Positions 29,086 to 38,705 of a stretch of DNA of 64,000 nt are shown piece after piece. The number at the start of each line of letters is the position of its first letter. The stretch's first letter is position 1. A program made the translations under genes and the position numbers. The stretch is from a virus (Duplodnaviria > Heunggongvirae > Uroviricota > Caudoviricetes). The notes beneath the pieces were generated by a model. That model saw nothing but the letters and a program-made list of their open reading frames with translations, did not search any database and was not told where the DNA came from. The DNA lies in IMG/VR virus record IMGVR_UViG_3300012942_000037, positions 13,245 to 77,244 of that record; one strand, 5' to 3'.

Positions 29086-29613
29086 ATGATGAGCCTGAAT
29101 GACTTTAAGACTGCGACGACCTTGATTAAGGCTATGGAAGATGGACCCCAATACGTAAGGGTTACTGCTGGATCACGCATTGGAACCATAGGCAGGGTTA
29201 TGATGGTGCGGACCAAATATTACAGCGCTCATGACTATCAGTTGGCTGTGAAAGGTCGGCGCAGCTTTTGGATGAAAGGTAGTGATCTCGAGCATCTACC
29301 TAACCACCGTTCCGGCACTCACTATATTGTCAATCATGAGACCCCTACCTACAACGATCTAATGGGTCGCCGTATTGAGGTAGGTCAGACCATCCTATTC
29401 CCCCGAGGTTGTGAAGGTGCCCGAGTTGATATGGTTATGGGCACCGTACGTCGGATCAGCAACAAAGGGGCGATCTACGCGAAACTCTTCAAGAGTGGCC
29501 AGGGTAATGACCTGGGTGATGGGCTTGTCAGAGTTGGTAAGCCAGGCAGCGCTATGATAATCGATAAGGGCACGACTGATCAGGTAATGTTGGCAAAGTT
29601 GGCCGCGTTCTAA
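29086..29613 (+). CDS. hypothetical protein
   Basis: 175-aa ORF. Confidence 0.45.
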   Translation: MMSLNDFKTATTLIKAMEDGPQYVRVTAGSRIGTIGRVMMVRTKYYSAHDYQLAVKGRRSFWMKGSDLEHLPNHRSGTHYIVNHETPTYNDLMGRRIEVGQTILFPRGCEGARVDMVMGTVRRISNKGAIYAKLFKSGQGNDLGDGLVRVGKPGSAMIIDKGTTDQVMLAKLAAF

Positions 29614-29625
29614 GAAAGGGAGTCT

Positions 29626-30000
29626 ATGTCGAATGGTCGTATTCTTCTAGTTGAAGATGAGCCAATGCTCCACTTCCTTTGGGAAGACATGTGTGCGATC
29701 AGTGATTTCGAAATAGCCTTTACTGCGATGACCTGTCAAGAAGCCATGGCCTACTTCCAGGATCATCATGCTGAACTATCGGGTGTGATCCTTGATGTGA
29801 ACCTCCACGGGGAAACAAGCGGCCCAGTCGCGGAATATCTCAAACTGCTATCCATACCAGTTATTGTTTCAACAGGTAGCCATCCTGATTCATTACCAGA
29901 AATCTTCAGGGGCTGGCCAACCCTCATGAAGCCATATAGGCCACATGATATAACTGGTATCCTGCCGTCTTTGGCCTTCTGTAAGCAAATAGTCAGGTAA
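29626..30000 (+). CDS. stand-alone receiver (REC) domain protein
   Basis: LLVEDEP acidic pocket, a candidate phospho-acceptor Asp in GVILDVNL, then VSTGS and the conserved MKPY. There is no output domain. Confidence 0.55.
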   Translation: MSNGRILLVEDEPMLHFLWEDMCAISDFEIAFTAMTCQEAMAYFQDHHAELSGVILDVNLHGETSGPVAEYLKLLSIPVIVSTGSHPDSLPEIFRGWPTLMKPYRPHDITGILPSLAFCKQIVR

Positions 30001-30151
30001 CCGCTCCTACATTCCGCTTGCGTCACTTGCTGATTTCAATCATATAGTGTGAGCGTGATGCTGTCCCTCAACAGAGCACGTTGGGGTCTGGTGGTGAGAG
30101 GGGGCTAACTTCTCATCAACCAGACCCCGTCAGTCTGGCTAAGTAGATCGT

Positions 30152-30454
30152 ATGGCAGACGATCTATTTCAATGGCCTCAACCCAACACGACCGTCGTAA
30201 ACCTCAAAGAGGAACACTATGACGTTCGTATTGATCGCAAGACCAAATGGGGAAATCCATTCGTAGTTGGGCGAGACGGCACCCGCGAGGAATGTATCAG
30301 CCAGTTCGCCGATTGGATTGTGGAACAATCTCACCTCATGGAAGCTCTACATGAGCTCAAGGGCAAGCGTCTGGGTTGTTGGTGTCATCCCCAAGCATGT
30401 CATGGTAACGTGCTAGCCAAGTTGGCAGATGCGAGTAGGGTTCCTACCAAATAA
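30152..30454 (+). CDS. hypothetical protein (DUF4326-like)
   Basis: KWGNPF...CWCHPQACHG. Confidence 0.45.
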   Translation: MADDLFQWPQPNTTVVNLKEEHYDVRIDRKTKWGNPFVVGRDGTREECISQFADWIVEQSHLMEALHELKGKRLGCWCHPQACHGNVLAKLADASRVPTK

Positions 30455-30494
30455 GATTTGACAGGTGGTTCACCATTCGCTTAAAGCGGATCAC

Positions 30495-31127
30495 ATGGAC
30501 TTCATGGCATTCCTCACCGCTCCGCAGAATCTGGCGTTCCTAATAGCTGGCATTCTCGTCATGGCTATCTTCATCATCGAGTTCCTAGGAACGATGGTTG
30601 GTTTCTCACTGAGTCACCTGGGACCCGACTTCCATATTGACCTAGATCATGATGGCACTCCTGATCATCTTGAGGGTGCTAGCCTTATGGGCTGGCTCAA
30701 CCCAGGCGGTGTGCCGTTCATGATTTTTATCACCCTGGGGGTGACGATCTTTGCGATTATTGGTTATGCCATTCAGGCAGTTACCTGGTCCTACACAGCG
30801 TATTTGCTGTCAGGATTGATCATTGGTCCGATCTCATTCTTATTGATGCTCATATGCGTCCGCCCTTTGACTCGTTGGGTGAACAAGATCCTGCCTAGGG
30901 AGGAGAGTAGCGATGTCAGTCTCAATAGCCTAATTGGTGAGACTGGTGTAGTGACCGTGGGCCCTGTAACCAAAGGTCAATTTGGTTTCATTCGGGTCCG
31001 CGACAAGTTTGGTACTGATCATTCGATCCAGGTCGAAGCAAGCAATGATGAGGTGTTTGCGATTGGTTCTGAAGTTCAACTGGTTGGGCCTCACCCAACC
31101 AATCTGTATGCGTATCTAATCCGCTAA
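30495..31127 (+). CDS. NfeD-like membrane protein (membrane anchor plus C-terminal OB-fold)
   Basis: Multiple TM helices are followed by GETGVVTV...GFIRV..., an OB-fold-like C-terminus. It lies directly upstream of the SPFH gene. The ORF track begins at 30465. Confidence 0.6.
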   Translation: MDFMAFLTAPQNLAFLIAGILVMAIFIIEFLGTMVGFSLSHLGPDFHIDLDHDGTPDHLEGASLMGWLNPGGVPFMIFITLGVTIFAIIGYAIQAVTWSYTAYLLSGLIIGPISFLLMLICVRPLTRWVNKILPREESSDVSLNSLIGETGVVTVGPVTKGQFGFIRVRDKFGTDHSIQVEASNDEVFAIGSEVQLVGPHPTNLYAYLIR

Positions 31128-31139
31128 CTGGAGAATACA

Positions 31140-32876
31140 ATGTCCATCAAGTTCATTGGCTTGCTGGTCGGGCTGGCTGTCGTAGGATTCCTGATCCTCG
31201 GCATGATCATCACCCGGCTCTATAAGCGAGCTTCCAAGGAAACTGCTTTTGTCCGCACCGGTATGGGCGGTCAGAAGGTGATCAAGGATGGCGGCGCCCT
31301 CGTCATTCCAGTCGTTCATGAAACCCTCGACATTAACATGCAGACTCTTCGTCTGTCGGTTAATCGTGGTGGTCAGAATGACTCGCTTATTACCAAGGAT
31401 CGTCTGCGTGTTGACGTGAACGCTGAGTTTTACGTTCGTGTTGCTCCAGATACCGAGAGCATTGCTACTGCGGCTCAGACGCTTGGTAAGCGCACCATGG
31501 ATCCAAGTCAGCTAAGCACCCTCGTTGAGGGCAAGTTCGTTGACGCTTTGCGAGCCGCCGCTGCTTCGATGGATATGCAGGATCTGCATGAGAAGCGCAC
31601 TGAGTTCGTTCAGAAGGTCAAGACCACTGTTGCCGAGGATCTGAAGCAGAATGGTCTCGAGCTTGAGTCAGTCAGCCTGACCAACTTGAACCAGACTGAC
31701 ATCAGTCACTTCGATGCCAACAATGCTTTCGATGCTGAGGGTCTCGCGGTGATCGCCAAGGTCACCAACGCGCGCCGTAAGGAACGCAACGACATCGAGA
31801 AGCAGACCGAGGTTGAAATCGAGACTAAGAACCTCGAGACTACCAAGGCGACGCTGGCTCTGAAGCAGGATGGTGAGTTCGCCCGCCTGGATCAGGAGAA
31901 GCAGGTTCAGACTCGTGCTGCTGAGCAGGAATCGCAGCTTGCTATTGCTCGTGCCGAGCGTGAGCGGGAAGCACAGGTCGCTGCAGAATCAGCGAAGCAG
32001 GCGTCGGAGCAGGCTCGTATTGAACGCGAGCGCGGTGTCAAGGTGGCACAGACCCAGGCCGACCAGGATACTGAATTGGCTGCTCAGGCCTCGCGTATTG
32101 CGGTTGCCGAGAAGTCCGAGGCAGAGTCGAAGGCCAAGGCGAAGGCTGACGAAGCTCGCGCTGAAGCTACCAGGGCTGCTGAAAACGTAACTACCGTTTC
32201 GGCGACTGCTCGGGCGGATCGTGAAGCCCAGATTGCCGTTATTGCGGCAGAGGGTGAAGCGAAGCAGAAGGCAGCTAGTGTCACGGTTCAGGCCGAGGCT
32301 GAGCTCAAGGCTGCTGATTCACAGGCGAGGGCTAAGGAACGCCTTGCTGACGCAGACGCCAAGCGCTACCAGGTCGAATCCGAGGGTCAGCGTTCCATCC
32401 ATGAGGCTGGTAACGTAATCAGCCCTGAGAGCATGAACTTCCAGCTTCGGAAGGCCATGGTCGAGCGCCTGCCAGAAATCATCGAAGCGATGACCCGTCC
32501 AATCGAGAAGATTGACAGCTTCCGCGTCGTTCATATGAATGGCGGGCTGGGCACTGGTCAGACCAATGGTGAGGCTGGTTCGGTTGCGGAGAAGGGTAAT
32601 CTGCCAACGCAGATGACCAACGCGCTGCTGGATTATCGGATGCAGTCTCCGTTCGTAGACGCCCTGGGCAAGGAACTCGGTATCGACTTCTCCAAGGGCA
32701 TGAACGGCATGATGGAAGCGGCGGGCCTCTCCGTTGAGGTCTCGGATCTTCCGGAAGAGGTGGTCAAGCCATCCATTCCGAATGAAGCTGCTCAGCCGGT
32801 TACTACTCGTGAAGCCCCATTGGCACCCGAGGATAAGGCTGAAATCCAGAAGCTTGCTGGGATCGCCAACGGCTGA
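31140..32876 (+). CDS. flotillin-like SPFH/band-7 protein (YqiK/FloT-like)
   Basis: An N-terminal TM helix is followed by an SPFH domain and then a long Ala/Glu/Gln coiled coil (EAQ.. repeats). Length is 578 aa. Confidence 0.8.
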   Translation: MSIKFIGLLVGLAVVGFLILGMIITRLYKRASKETAFVRTGMGGQKVIKDGGALVIPVVHETLDINMQTLRLSVNRGGQNDSLITKDRLRVDVNAEFYVRVAPDTESIATAAQTLGKRTMDPSQLSTLVEGKFVDALRAAAASMDMQDLHEKRTEFVQKVKTTVAEDLKQNGLELESVSLTNLNQTDISHFDANNAFDAEGLAVIAKVTNARRKERNDIEKQTEVEIETKNLETTKATLALKQDGEFARLDQEKQVQTRAAEQESQLAIARAEREREAQVAAESAKQASEQARIERERGVKVAQTQADQDTELAAQASRIAVAEKSEAESKAKAKADEARAEATRAAENVTTVSATARADREAQIAVIAAEGEAKQKAASVTVQAEAELKAADSQARAKERLADADAKRYQVESEGQRSIHEAGNVISPESMNFQLRKAMVERLPEIIEAMTRPIEKIDSFRVVHMNGGLGTGQTNGEAGSVAEKGNLPTQMTNALLDYRMQSPFVDALGKELGIDFSKGMNGMMEAAGLSVEVSDLPEEVVKPSIPNEAAQPVTTREAPLAPEDKAEIQKLAGIANG

Positions 32877-32957
32877 TACGGCCCTAGTAGAGCGCTACAG
32901 GGTGGGCTGGTAGAAATACCAGCCCATTCCTGTCTGAGTCTTTCTGTTGTAGACATT

Positions 32958-33650
32958 ATGGAATGTATCGCCCATACTGGTCCTAGATCAATGAGGGATA
33001 GCATGTCAGGCCGTTTAGCTAAGATCGTTTCTTTGGGTGGAGTAGCTTGTGTCTTCACGGGTGGTATGATCACCCTCCCCTTTCACCAACTCAGTGACCT
33101 CGCCATTAGCTTACCATTATCTCTGATTACCGGCGCGGGTATTTGGCATTTCTGGCCGGGCCATCTACCAGCCAAACCAGACGTCGAACAACTATTCAGC
33201 GACCAGGAAGCTCTTAAGAGAGCTGGCGTGAGCAAGGCAGAGAGTATTGAAACTATCAGGCTGGTCAGTAACAAGCTAGATCACATCCTCATGTGTGCGG
33301 CTCAGATCAACGATCCAAAGATCACTCGTCGCATCCAAGCCCTTGATACCATTGGCAGGAAGATCATTGCTGACTTCCGCCAGAACCCCACAGGTATCAA
33401 ACAAGCTCAAACATGGATCCATGCCTATTTGGATCAGACCATCGATTGTGTGGATCAATACGCACAACTCCATATGACCAAAGTGCGTAATGATGAAATT
33501 CGCCGTCAGATGGTGGAATTTGAAGACATGCTTGTTGAGCTCCAGGAGAAGTCACAGGAATTGCTGGATAGGCTCCTATCCGCAGATACCACGACCTTTG
33601 AAGTCAATGTTTCAGTGTTTCGTGATATGATGAAGAACGAGGGAATCTAA
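32958..33650 (+). CDS. XpaC-like protein (5-bromo-4-chloroindolyl phosphate hydrolysis protein family)
   Basis: An N-terminal membrane anchor is followed by a helical domain. Adjacency to a TelA-like gene mirrors the Bacillus yaaN-xpaC arrangement. The start is uncertain. Confidence 0.4.
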   Translation: MECIAHTGPRSMRDSMSGRLAKIVSLGGVACVFTGGMITLPFHQLSDLAISLPLSLITGAGIWHFWPGHLPAKPDVEQLFSDQEALKRAGVSKAESIETIRLVSNKLDHILMCAAQINDPKITRRIQALDTIGRKIIADFRQNPTGIKQAQTWIHAYLDQTIDCVDQYAQLHMTKVRNDEIRRQMVEFEDMLVELQEKSQELLDRLLSADTTTFEVNVSVFRDMMKNEGI

Positions 33651-34810
33651 TGACCGAGGCTACTATGACACAAACCACGCCGACCCTAGCGCCTGAGACG
33701 GTTCAGACATTGGGTTCAACCTCGTTGGTTAGTTTGGCGCCAGCCAATACCGCCATCCAGATCACGAGTGTGCCAGAGGCACGCGCCAAGGAATTGGCAC
33801 AGAAGATCAACATCCATGACACCCAGAGTATCATTGGCTTCGGTGTTGAGGCTCAAAAGAGCGTTAGCCAGGTCAGTGATCAAATGCTTGACGGGGTTCG
33901 CACCAAGGATACCGGTCCGGCCGGAGAAGCTCTGAACCTCATGGTTCATGAGATGCGGGGTCTTGATTTCAGCAAGTTGAGTGAGAAGCCTGGTTTGATT
34001 TCACGCCTCCTCCGCAAGGCGGGTAAGGTGTCATTGTTCCTTGAGCAATATGAGACAGTTCAGGCTAAGATCAATAAGACCCAAGCGGTTCTCGATGGTC
34101 ATCGTATTCAGATGCTCCGAGGCGTGAAGATGCTTGATCTACTATACAACAAGACACTTGACCTGTTGTATAGCCTGGATGAGCAGATTGCTGCCGTTCA
34201 ATACAAACTCAATGAGGTCAACACCACTGATATTCCGGCTGCTAATGAGAAGGCCCAGCAAACCAGGGATATGGCAGATACCCAGGCAGTCTCGGATTTG
34301 ATTCAGGCTCGCGATGCTCTGGAGCGTAAACTCCATGATCTCCAGCTGACCAGGCAGATTACGATCCAAGCCTTACCTAGCATCCGTATTGTTCAATCCA
34401 ATGAGGTCGGGCTTTCAGAGAAGATCCAATCACAGATCCTCAATGCTTTGCCTCTTTGGAAGCGCAACATGGCTCTTGCTGTGGAGATGGCCAAGACACA
34501 GAATGCCGCCAAGGCCACCAAGGCGGCTGCTGATTTCACAAACGAGCAGCTTCGCATTGGTGCCACAATGCTTCAGCAATCCAACCAAGCCGTTCGAACC
34601 GAGGTGGAACGTGGTATTGTTGATGTGGATAGCGTCAAGTTTGCTAATGACCAGCTGATCCAGACCATCGAGGATACGATTGAGATTGCTCAGCAGGGTA
34701 AGGATATGCGAGCTCATGCTGAGCAGGAACTCGCCGAGGCTGAGCAGAAGCTCAAGGAGACCCTGCTTAGTGCGGCAAACCGTCATGCCAATATGAAGGC
34801 TTTGGCATGA
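33650..34810 (+). CDS. TelA-like (toxic anion resistance family) protein
   Basis: The 386-aa all-helical, coiled-coil-rich architecture and conserved spacing fit TelA/KlaB/YaaN-type proteins. Confidence 0.55.
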   Translation: MTEATMTQTTPTLAPETVQTLGSTSLVSLAPANTAIQITSVPEARAKELAQKINIHDTQSIIGFGVEAQKSVSQVSDQMLDGVRTKDTGPAGEALNLMVHEMRGLDFSKLSEKPGLISRLLRKAGKVSLFLEQYETVQAKINKTQAVLDGHRIQMLRGVKMLDLLYNKTLDLLYSLDEQIAAVQYKLNEVNTTDIPAANEKAQQTRDMADTQAVSDLIQARDALERKLHDLQLTRQITIQALPSIRIVQSNEVGLSEKIQSQILNALPLWKRNMALAVEMAKTQNAAKATKAAADFTNEQLRIGATMLQQSNQAVRTEVERGIVDVDSVKFANDQLIQTIEDTIEIAQQGKDMRAHAEQELAEAEQKLKETLLSAANRHANMKALA

Positions 34811-35280
34811 GGCTCTTATCGCTCCTTTCTCTAATGGGGCTTGGTGGTGGGATTCTCTTGCTCTTGGCTGTGCTTTTGATGGCGAACTCATCCGCCAAAT
34901 TACCACAGGCCGACAAGTTTGGATCGCATTATATCAAGGTTGATCACGTCTACGACGGCGATACCTTCTACTTCAGAATGCCAGGTAGTTGGCCCGAACT
35001 CAGCATGGTAGGGGTTCGGGTCTTGGGCATCGATGCTCCTGAGAAGCGTGGGCGATGCGCTGCTGAACGTCAGAGGGCTAATGAGGCTAAGCTGGCCGCC
35101 CAAACCTTCCTTAGTAGAGGTCCGGTTGAACTCCGTAATGTGCGCTGGGACAAATACGGAGGCCGGATAGAGGCCGATGTTCTGGTTGACGGCCAAAGCC
35201 TCTCCAGTTACATGATCAGCCAGAAGTTAGCTCGACCCTATCATGGTGAGCACAGGGATAAACTGGAGTGGTGCCGATGA
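34807..35280 (+). CDS. secreted thermonuclease (SNase-like)
   Basis: There is a signal/TM peptide, then YDGDTF...RVLGIDAPE and a downstream R...R/KYG motif. Confidence 0.7.
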   Translation: MRLLSLLSLMGLGGGILLLLAVLLMANSSAKLPQADKFGSHYIKVDHVYDGDTFYFRMPGSWPELSMVGVRVLGIDAPEKRGRCAAERQRANEAKLAAQTFLSRGPVELRNVRWDKYGGRIEADVLVDGQSLSSYMISQKLARPYHGEHRDKLEWCR

Positions 35281-35774
35281 CTGAGAAGTTCACCCTATTC
35301 TATGGAGGTCCAGCAAGTCAATGGGCTCCGGGTAACTTCACAGTCGATGGTGTGGTCTATAACTGTGCTGAGCAGTTCATGATGGCCGAGAAGGCTCGGT
35401 TGTTTGGTGACGATGATGCTCTGAAGATCATCATGGAGACAACTAATCCAAAGATCCAAAAAGCAACTGGCCGACTAGTCAGGAACTTTGACCTGGAGAA
35501 ATGGAATCTGAATCGCAAGCTGATCGTATATCGAGGTAATTTTGCGAAGTTCAGTCAGATCAAAGATTACCAGGCCTGGTTGTTGGCAACGGATGGCACA
35601 ACCCTAGTCGAGGCTAGCCCCTGGGACACTATTTGGGGTATCGGTTTGGATGAAGGCGATCCAAAGGCACGTGATAGATCCACTTGGCTAGGGTCTAACG
35701 ATCTCGGTGAGATTGTGACTCAGGTCAGAGAAGAGATCAAACAACTAATCTCGCATGGCTTGATGAGCGCATAA
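35276..35774 (+). CDS. NADAR / YbiA-like (DUF1768) domain protein
   Basis: FYGG...WAPGNF.V.G..Y...EQFMMAEKARLFGD is the characteristic NADAR N-terminus. The ATG overlaps the upstream stop. Confidence 0.7.
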
Positions 35775-36230
35775 ATGGAGTCAATCCATGACATCCGAGA
35801 TCGCTACGCTAGGGAGATAGTCAAAAGACTTTGGATATGTCGCAATCTCTACCGTAGACACAAGCTAGCTACGCTTGGTGATGAATGGGATTTCGAGAAG
35901 ATCACGCCTTATGAAAAAGGGCGTATGACCCGCGAGGGGAACCGATTGGGTGGCTACCTATTGCTGCTCAATCAATCACCCCAGGATCAGAAGATCGTAA
36001 CCTGGTTCTCCACCTACGCTTGGGTAACTGGCATTAAACCTAACCTTTTCGAGAAGCCAGGCAACCATGTCTGGACTACCTTGATATCAAAGGCCTCTGA
36101 GAGCGTTGAGAAATTCGAAATCAATGTCGGCCAGGCTCAACAGATCTTCGAAACGATTGATGCTATCCTGGATACTCCAATAAGCCAAGCCAGTAACCGT
36201 TTTATGCTTTTGAAATTGAGCATCCTTTAA
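35775..36230 (+). CDS. hypothetical protein
   Basis: 151-aa ORF. Confidence 0.45.
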   Translation: MESIHDIRDRYAREIVKRLWICRNLYRRHKLATLGDEWDFEKITPYEKGRMTREGNRLGGYLLLLNQSPQDQKIVTWFSTYAWVTGIKPNLFEKPGNHVWTTLISKASESVEKFEINVGQAQQIFETIDAILDTPISQASNRFMLLKLSIL

Positions 36231-36299
36231 ATCGTATTCTCTCCAAGATCCGCTAAATAGGTGAAAGATCCACACCTATTCCTAGGGGAGACCTGATAC

Positions 36300-37544
36300 A
36301 TGGGACGTCCAGTTAATAAGCACATTCTTACGAGAATGGTAGCTATTGCCAAGATTGGCACAAATGATGAAGATACAGCCACTCTCCTAAAGCAGAAGGG
36401 TGAGAAGCGATTTCTTGTAACCGTCGGAAGTCATACCGGCCTTGTAGTTCTAGTTGACAAAGAGCCTGGAACGCTAGCTGCTGGTGAGATGGTTGTTAAG
36501 GTGGAGAACGCCGATGGTGATACTTTCAACGTCGTGAAGCTCTACAACCGTACAGCCATTCTTTCGGATGGTTCTCATCATGCTTGGGATTTCACCAATG
36601 CTGTTGATGAGAAGGTTCAGATGATTGATACTGTTGAAGCGCCCACTCCAGTAATCACGATTACGGCCCAGCCAGCTAGCCAAACCTTCAACCCAGGCGA
36701 TGAGCTTTCGTTCACTGTAACCGCTTCTAGCTCTAGTGGTAAGCCTTTGACCTTCACTTGGCAGTATGCCACCGGTGGTAGCAGCACTTTCTCAGATGTT
36801 GATTTCGGTAATCTCCTCGGTAGTGGTGGTACCTCAATCCTGGGTAACGTCTCGACAGAAACTGAGAGCAATGGTCTTCAGATCCGTTGCGTTGTGAGTT
36901 CTGAGGGCGCCGCAGACGTCGTATCAGATGTTGCCACTTTGACTCTACTGGCCCCAGTGATCACAATCACTGGTCAGCCCACGGCTCAGGAATCATATGA
37001 TATTGGCTCCTCGGCCAACTTCTTCATCAGTGCTTCGGTCACCGGAGGGGCTACGCTATCATATCAGTGGCAGACTGCCCCATCGGGATCTTCGACATTC
37101 ACTGATATCGATGAAGCAACTGATACCGAATACACCACGCATCAGCTTACCTCAGACGATGATGGTGTCCAGCTTCGTTGCGTAGTTAGCGCAACTGGTG
37201 GAGCCGAATCAGTAACATCAAATGAGGTTACGATTCACATGCCAGCCACTCCAGTGATCACGATCACAAGTCAGCCAGAATCCGCCGAGGTAGATGAGGG
37301 TGCTCCAGTTGAATTCAGTGTGACAGCCAGTGTTACCGAAGGTGCGACACTTAGCTACAATTGGCAGTCGAGACTAGGTGAAGGTATCTACATGGATACC
37401 GGTGGAACCGAAGCAACCTACAGCATTGCGGGTGTGTCAGCGGACAACAGTGGCACGGTCTTCCGTTGTATCGTAAGTGCGACAGGTGGTGCTGCTAATG
37501 TCACTTCGGATGAAGCAACTCTAACAGTCGACCCAGCACCGTAA
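36300..37544 (+). CDS. structural protein with three tandem Ig-like repeats
   Basis: Approximately 100-aa repeats each begin PVITIT(A/G/S)QP. Its N-terminal domain is shared with the 37623 protein. A CTAAATA motif lies at 36253. Confidence 0.55.
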   Translation: MGRPVNKHILTRMVAIAKIGTNDEDTATLLKQKGEKRFLVTVGSHTGLVVLVDKEPGTLAAGEMVVKVENADGDTFNVVKLYNRTAILSDGSHHAWDFTNAVDEKVQMIDTVEAPTPVITITAQPASQTFNPGDELSFTVTASSSSGKPLTFTWQYATGGSSTFSDVDFGNLLGSGGTSILGNVSTETESNGLQIRCVVSSEGAADVVSDVATLTLLAPVITITGQPTAQESYDIGSSANFFISASVTGGATLSYQWQTAPSGSSTFTDIDEATDTEYTTHQLTSDDDGVQLRCVVSATGGAESVTSNEVTIHMPATPVITITSQPESAEVDEGAPVEFSVTASVTEGATLSYNWQSRLGEGIYMDTGGTEATYSIAGVSADNSGTVFRCIVSATGGAANVTSDEATLTVDPAP

Positions 37545-37622
37545 AGGATAGTGGCTTCGGATCATTCCGAAGCCATTACCTTGGCTAAATAGCGGACTTT
37601 GGGATTATAAAAGGAGAAGATC

Positions 37623-38594
37623 GTGGGCCGTCCAGTAGACAAACAGTTCTTTGGTCCAGATGCCATTCAATGTATCGCCAATGTAGGTGATGGTGAGGCC
37701 ACTGGATATATCGTTAAACAAACCGCTTCGAGTGAGTTCCTGGTTAATGCTGGTGGCACGGAGAAGAAGTGCCATCTAGTCAATAAGGCTCCAGCCGATC
37801 TAGAAGTTGGTGAGATGGTTATCACGGTTCAATTGGCCGATGATTCTGTCGTTACTGTGAAAACCCTCAAGGGTCACAAGCTCACAACTTCAACGGGTAG
37901 TCAGGTTGTTTGGAATACTGGCGTGACCAGCAACCCCGCACCAGCCGCTGTTAGCACAAGTGATGATGTGGTGCCCTTCCCCGACGCCACACCAGTTACT
38001 CCTACTGTAGTGGAGAATGGTTCGATCTCTACCAAGTTCACTGCTAACAGCCGTATGCTTGTTGGAACTGGTAACCCAATCAACAACATGATGGTAGCCA
38101 GCGATGGCGTGATCGAAGTGGCTATTGGTGCTCATCTGTACAATGACGGTAACGTCCTTCCATCCACTGATGGCAAATACACCCTACAGCTCGCAACAGG
38201 AATCACGGATAGCAAGGGCAATCCGAAGGATAACAAGTGGGTCTATGCGTTCAGCATTGGCTTGAAGCAGAATCCAAACCTCAAGGCTATCACTGATCTC
38301 TATGATGTCACAGCTAGCCTTAAGAAAGATGATGCTGAGGTTGCTACGCTAACTCTGGAGAAGGTTGATGACAGCCTCCAGTTTGTATTTGGTATTGCTG
38401 ATAACACGCCAATCGTCGATAGCTATGTAGGTGCTCACCTGGATGTTATCCAGAATGCTGAGCGTTTCGACTTCATCGATTCATCCTATACCGATGGCAA
38501 CTATGCGGTTTCATTCACCGCAACTCCAAAGGCGGAAGGTGGTGCTCCTGTTACCGCATCCTTCACCGTAGAGGTTGCTGCTCCTCTAGCTTAA
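37623..38594 (+). CDS. structural protein, N-terminal paralog of the 36300 protein
   Basis: It starts at a GTG with an AAGGAG ribosome-binding site. MGRPVDKQ...GEMVITV... parallels MGRPVNKH...GEMVVKV... A CTAAATA motif lies at 37585. Confidence 0.5.
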   Translation: MGRPVDKQFFGPDAIQCIANVGDGEATGYIVKQTASSEFLVNAGGTEKKCHLVNKAPADLEVGEMVITVQLADDSVVTVKTLKGHKLTTSTGSQVVWNTGVTSNPAPAAVSTSDDVVPFPDATPVTPTVVENGSISTKFTANSRMLVGTGNPINNMMVASDGVIEVAIGAHLYNDGNVLPSTDGKYTLQLATGITDSKGNPKDNKWVYAFSIGLKQNPNLKAITDLYDVTASLKKDDAEVATLTLEKVDDSLQFVFGIADNTPIVDSYVGAHLDVIQNAERFDFIDSSYTDGNYAVSFTATPKAEGGAPVTASFTVEVAAPLA

Positions 38595-38600
38595 TGGGCC

Positions 38601-38626
38601 AATGGCGGAGAGGAATCTCCGCCATT
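38601..38626 (+). terminator. stem-loop after the structural gene
   Basis: AATGGCGGAGA-GGAA-TCTCCGCCATT; there is no U-run. Confidence 0.35.
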
Positions 38627-38705
38627 CCTATGAGTGAAATTCTGGTTGACACCTCACCAGAGTCTGCTAGATCTTGGATTGTCGGAAGCAACCAGGAGAT
38701 CAGAG

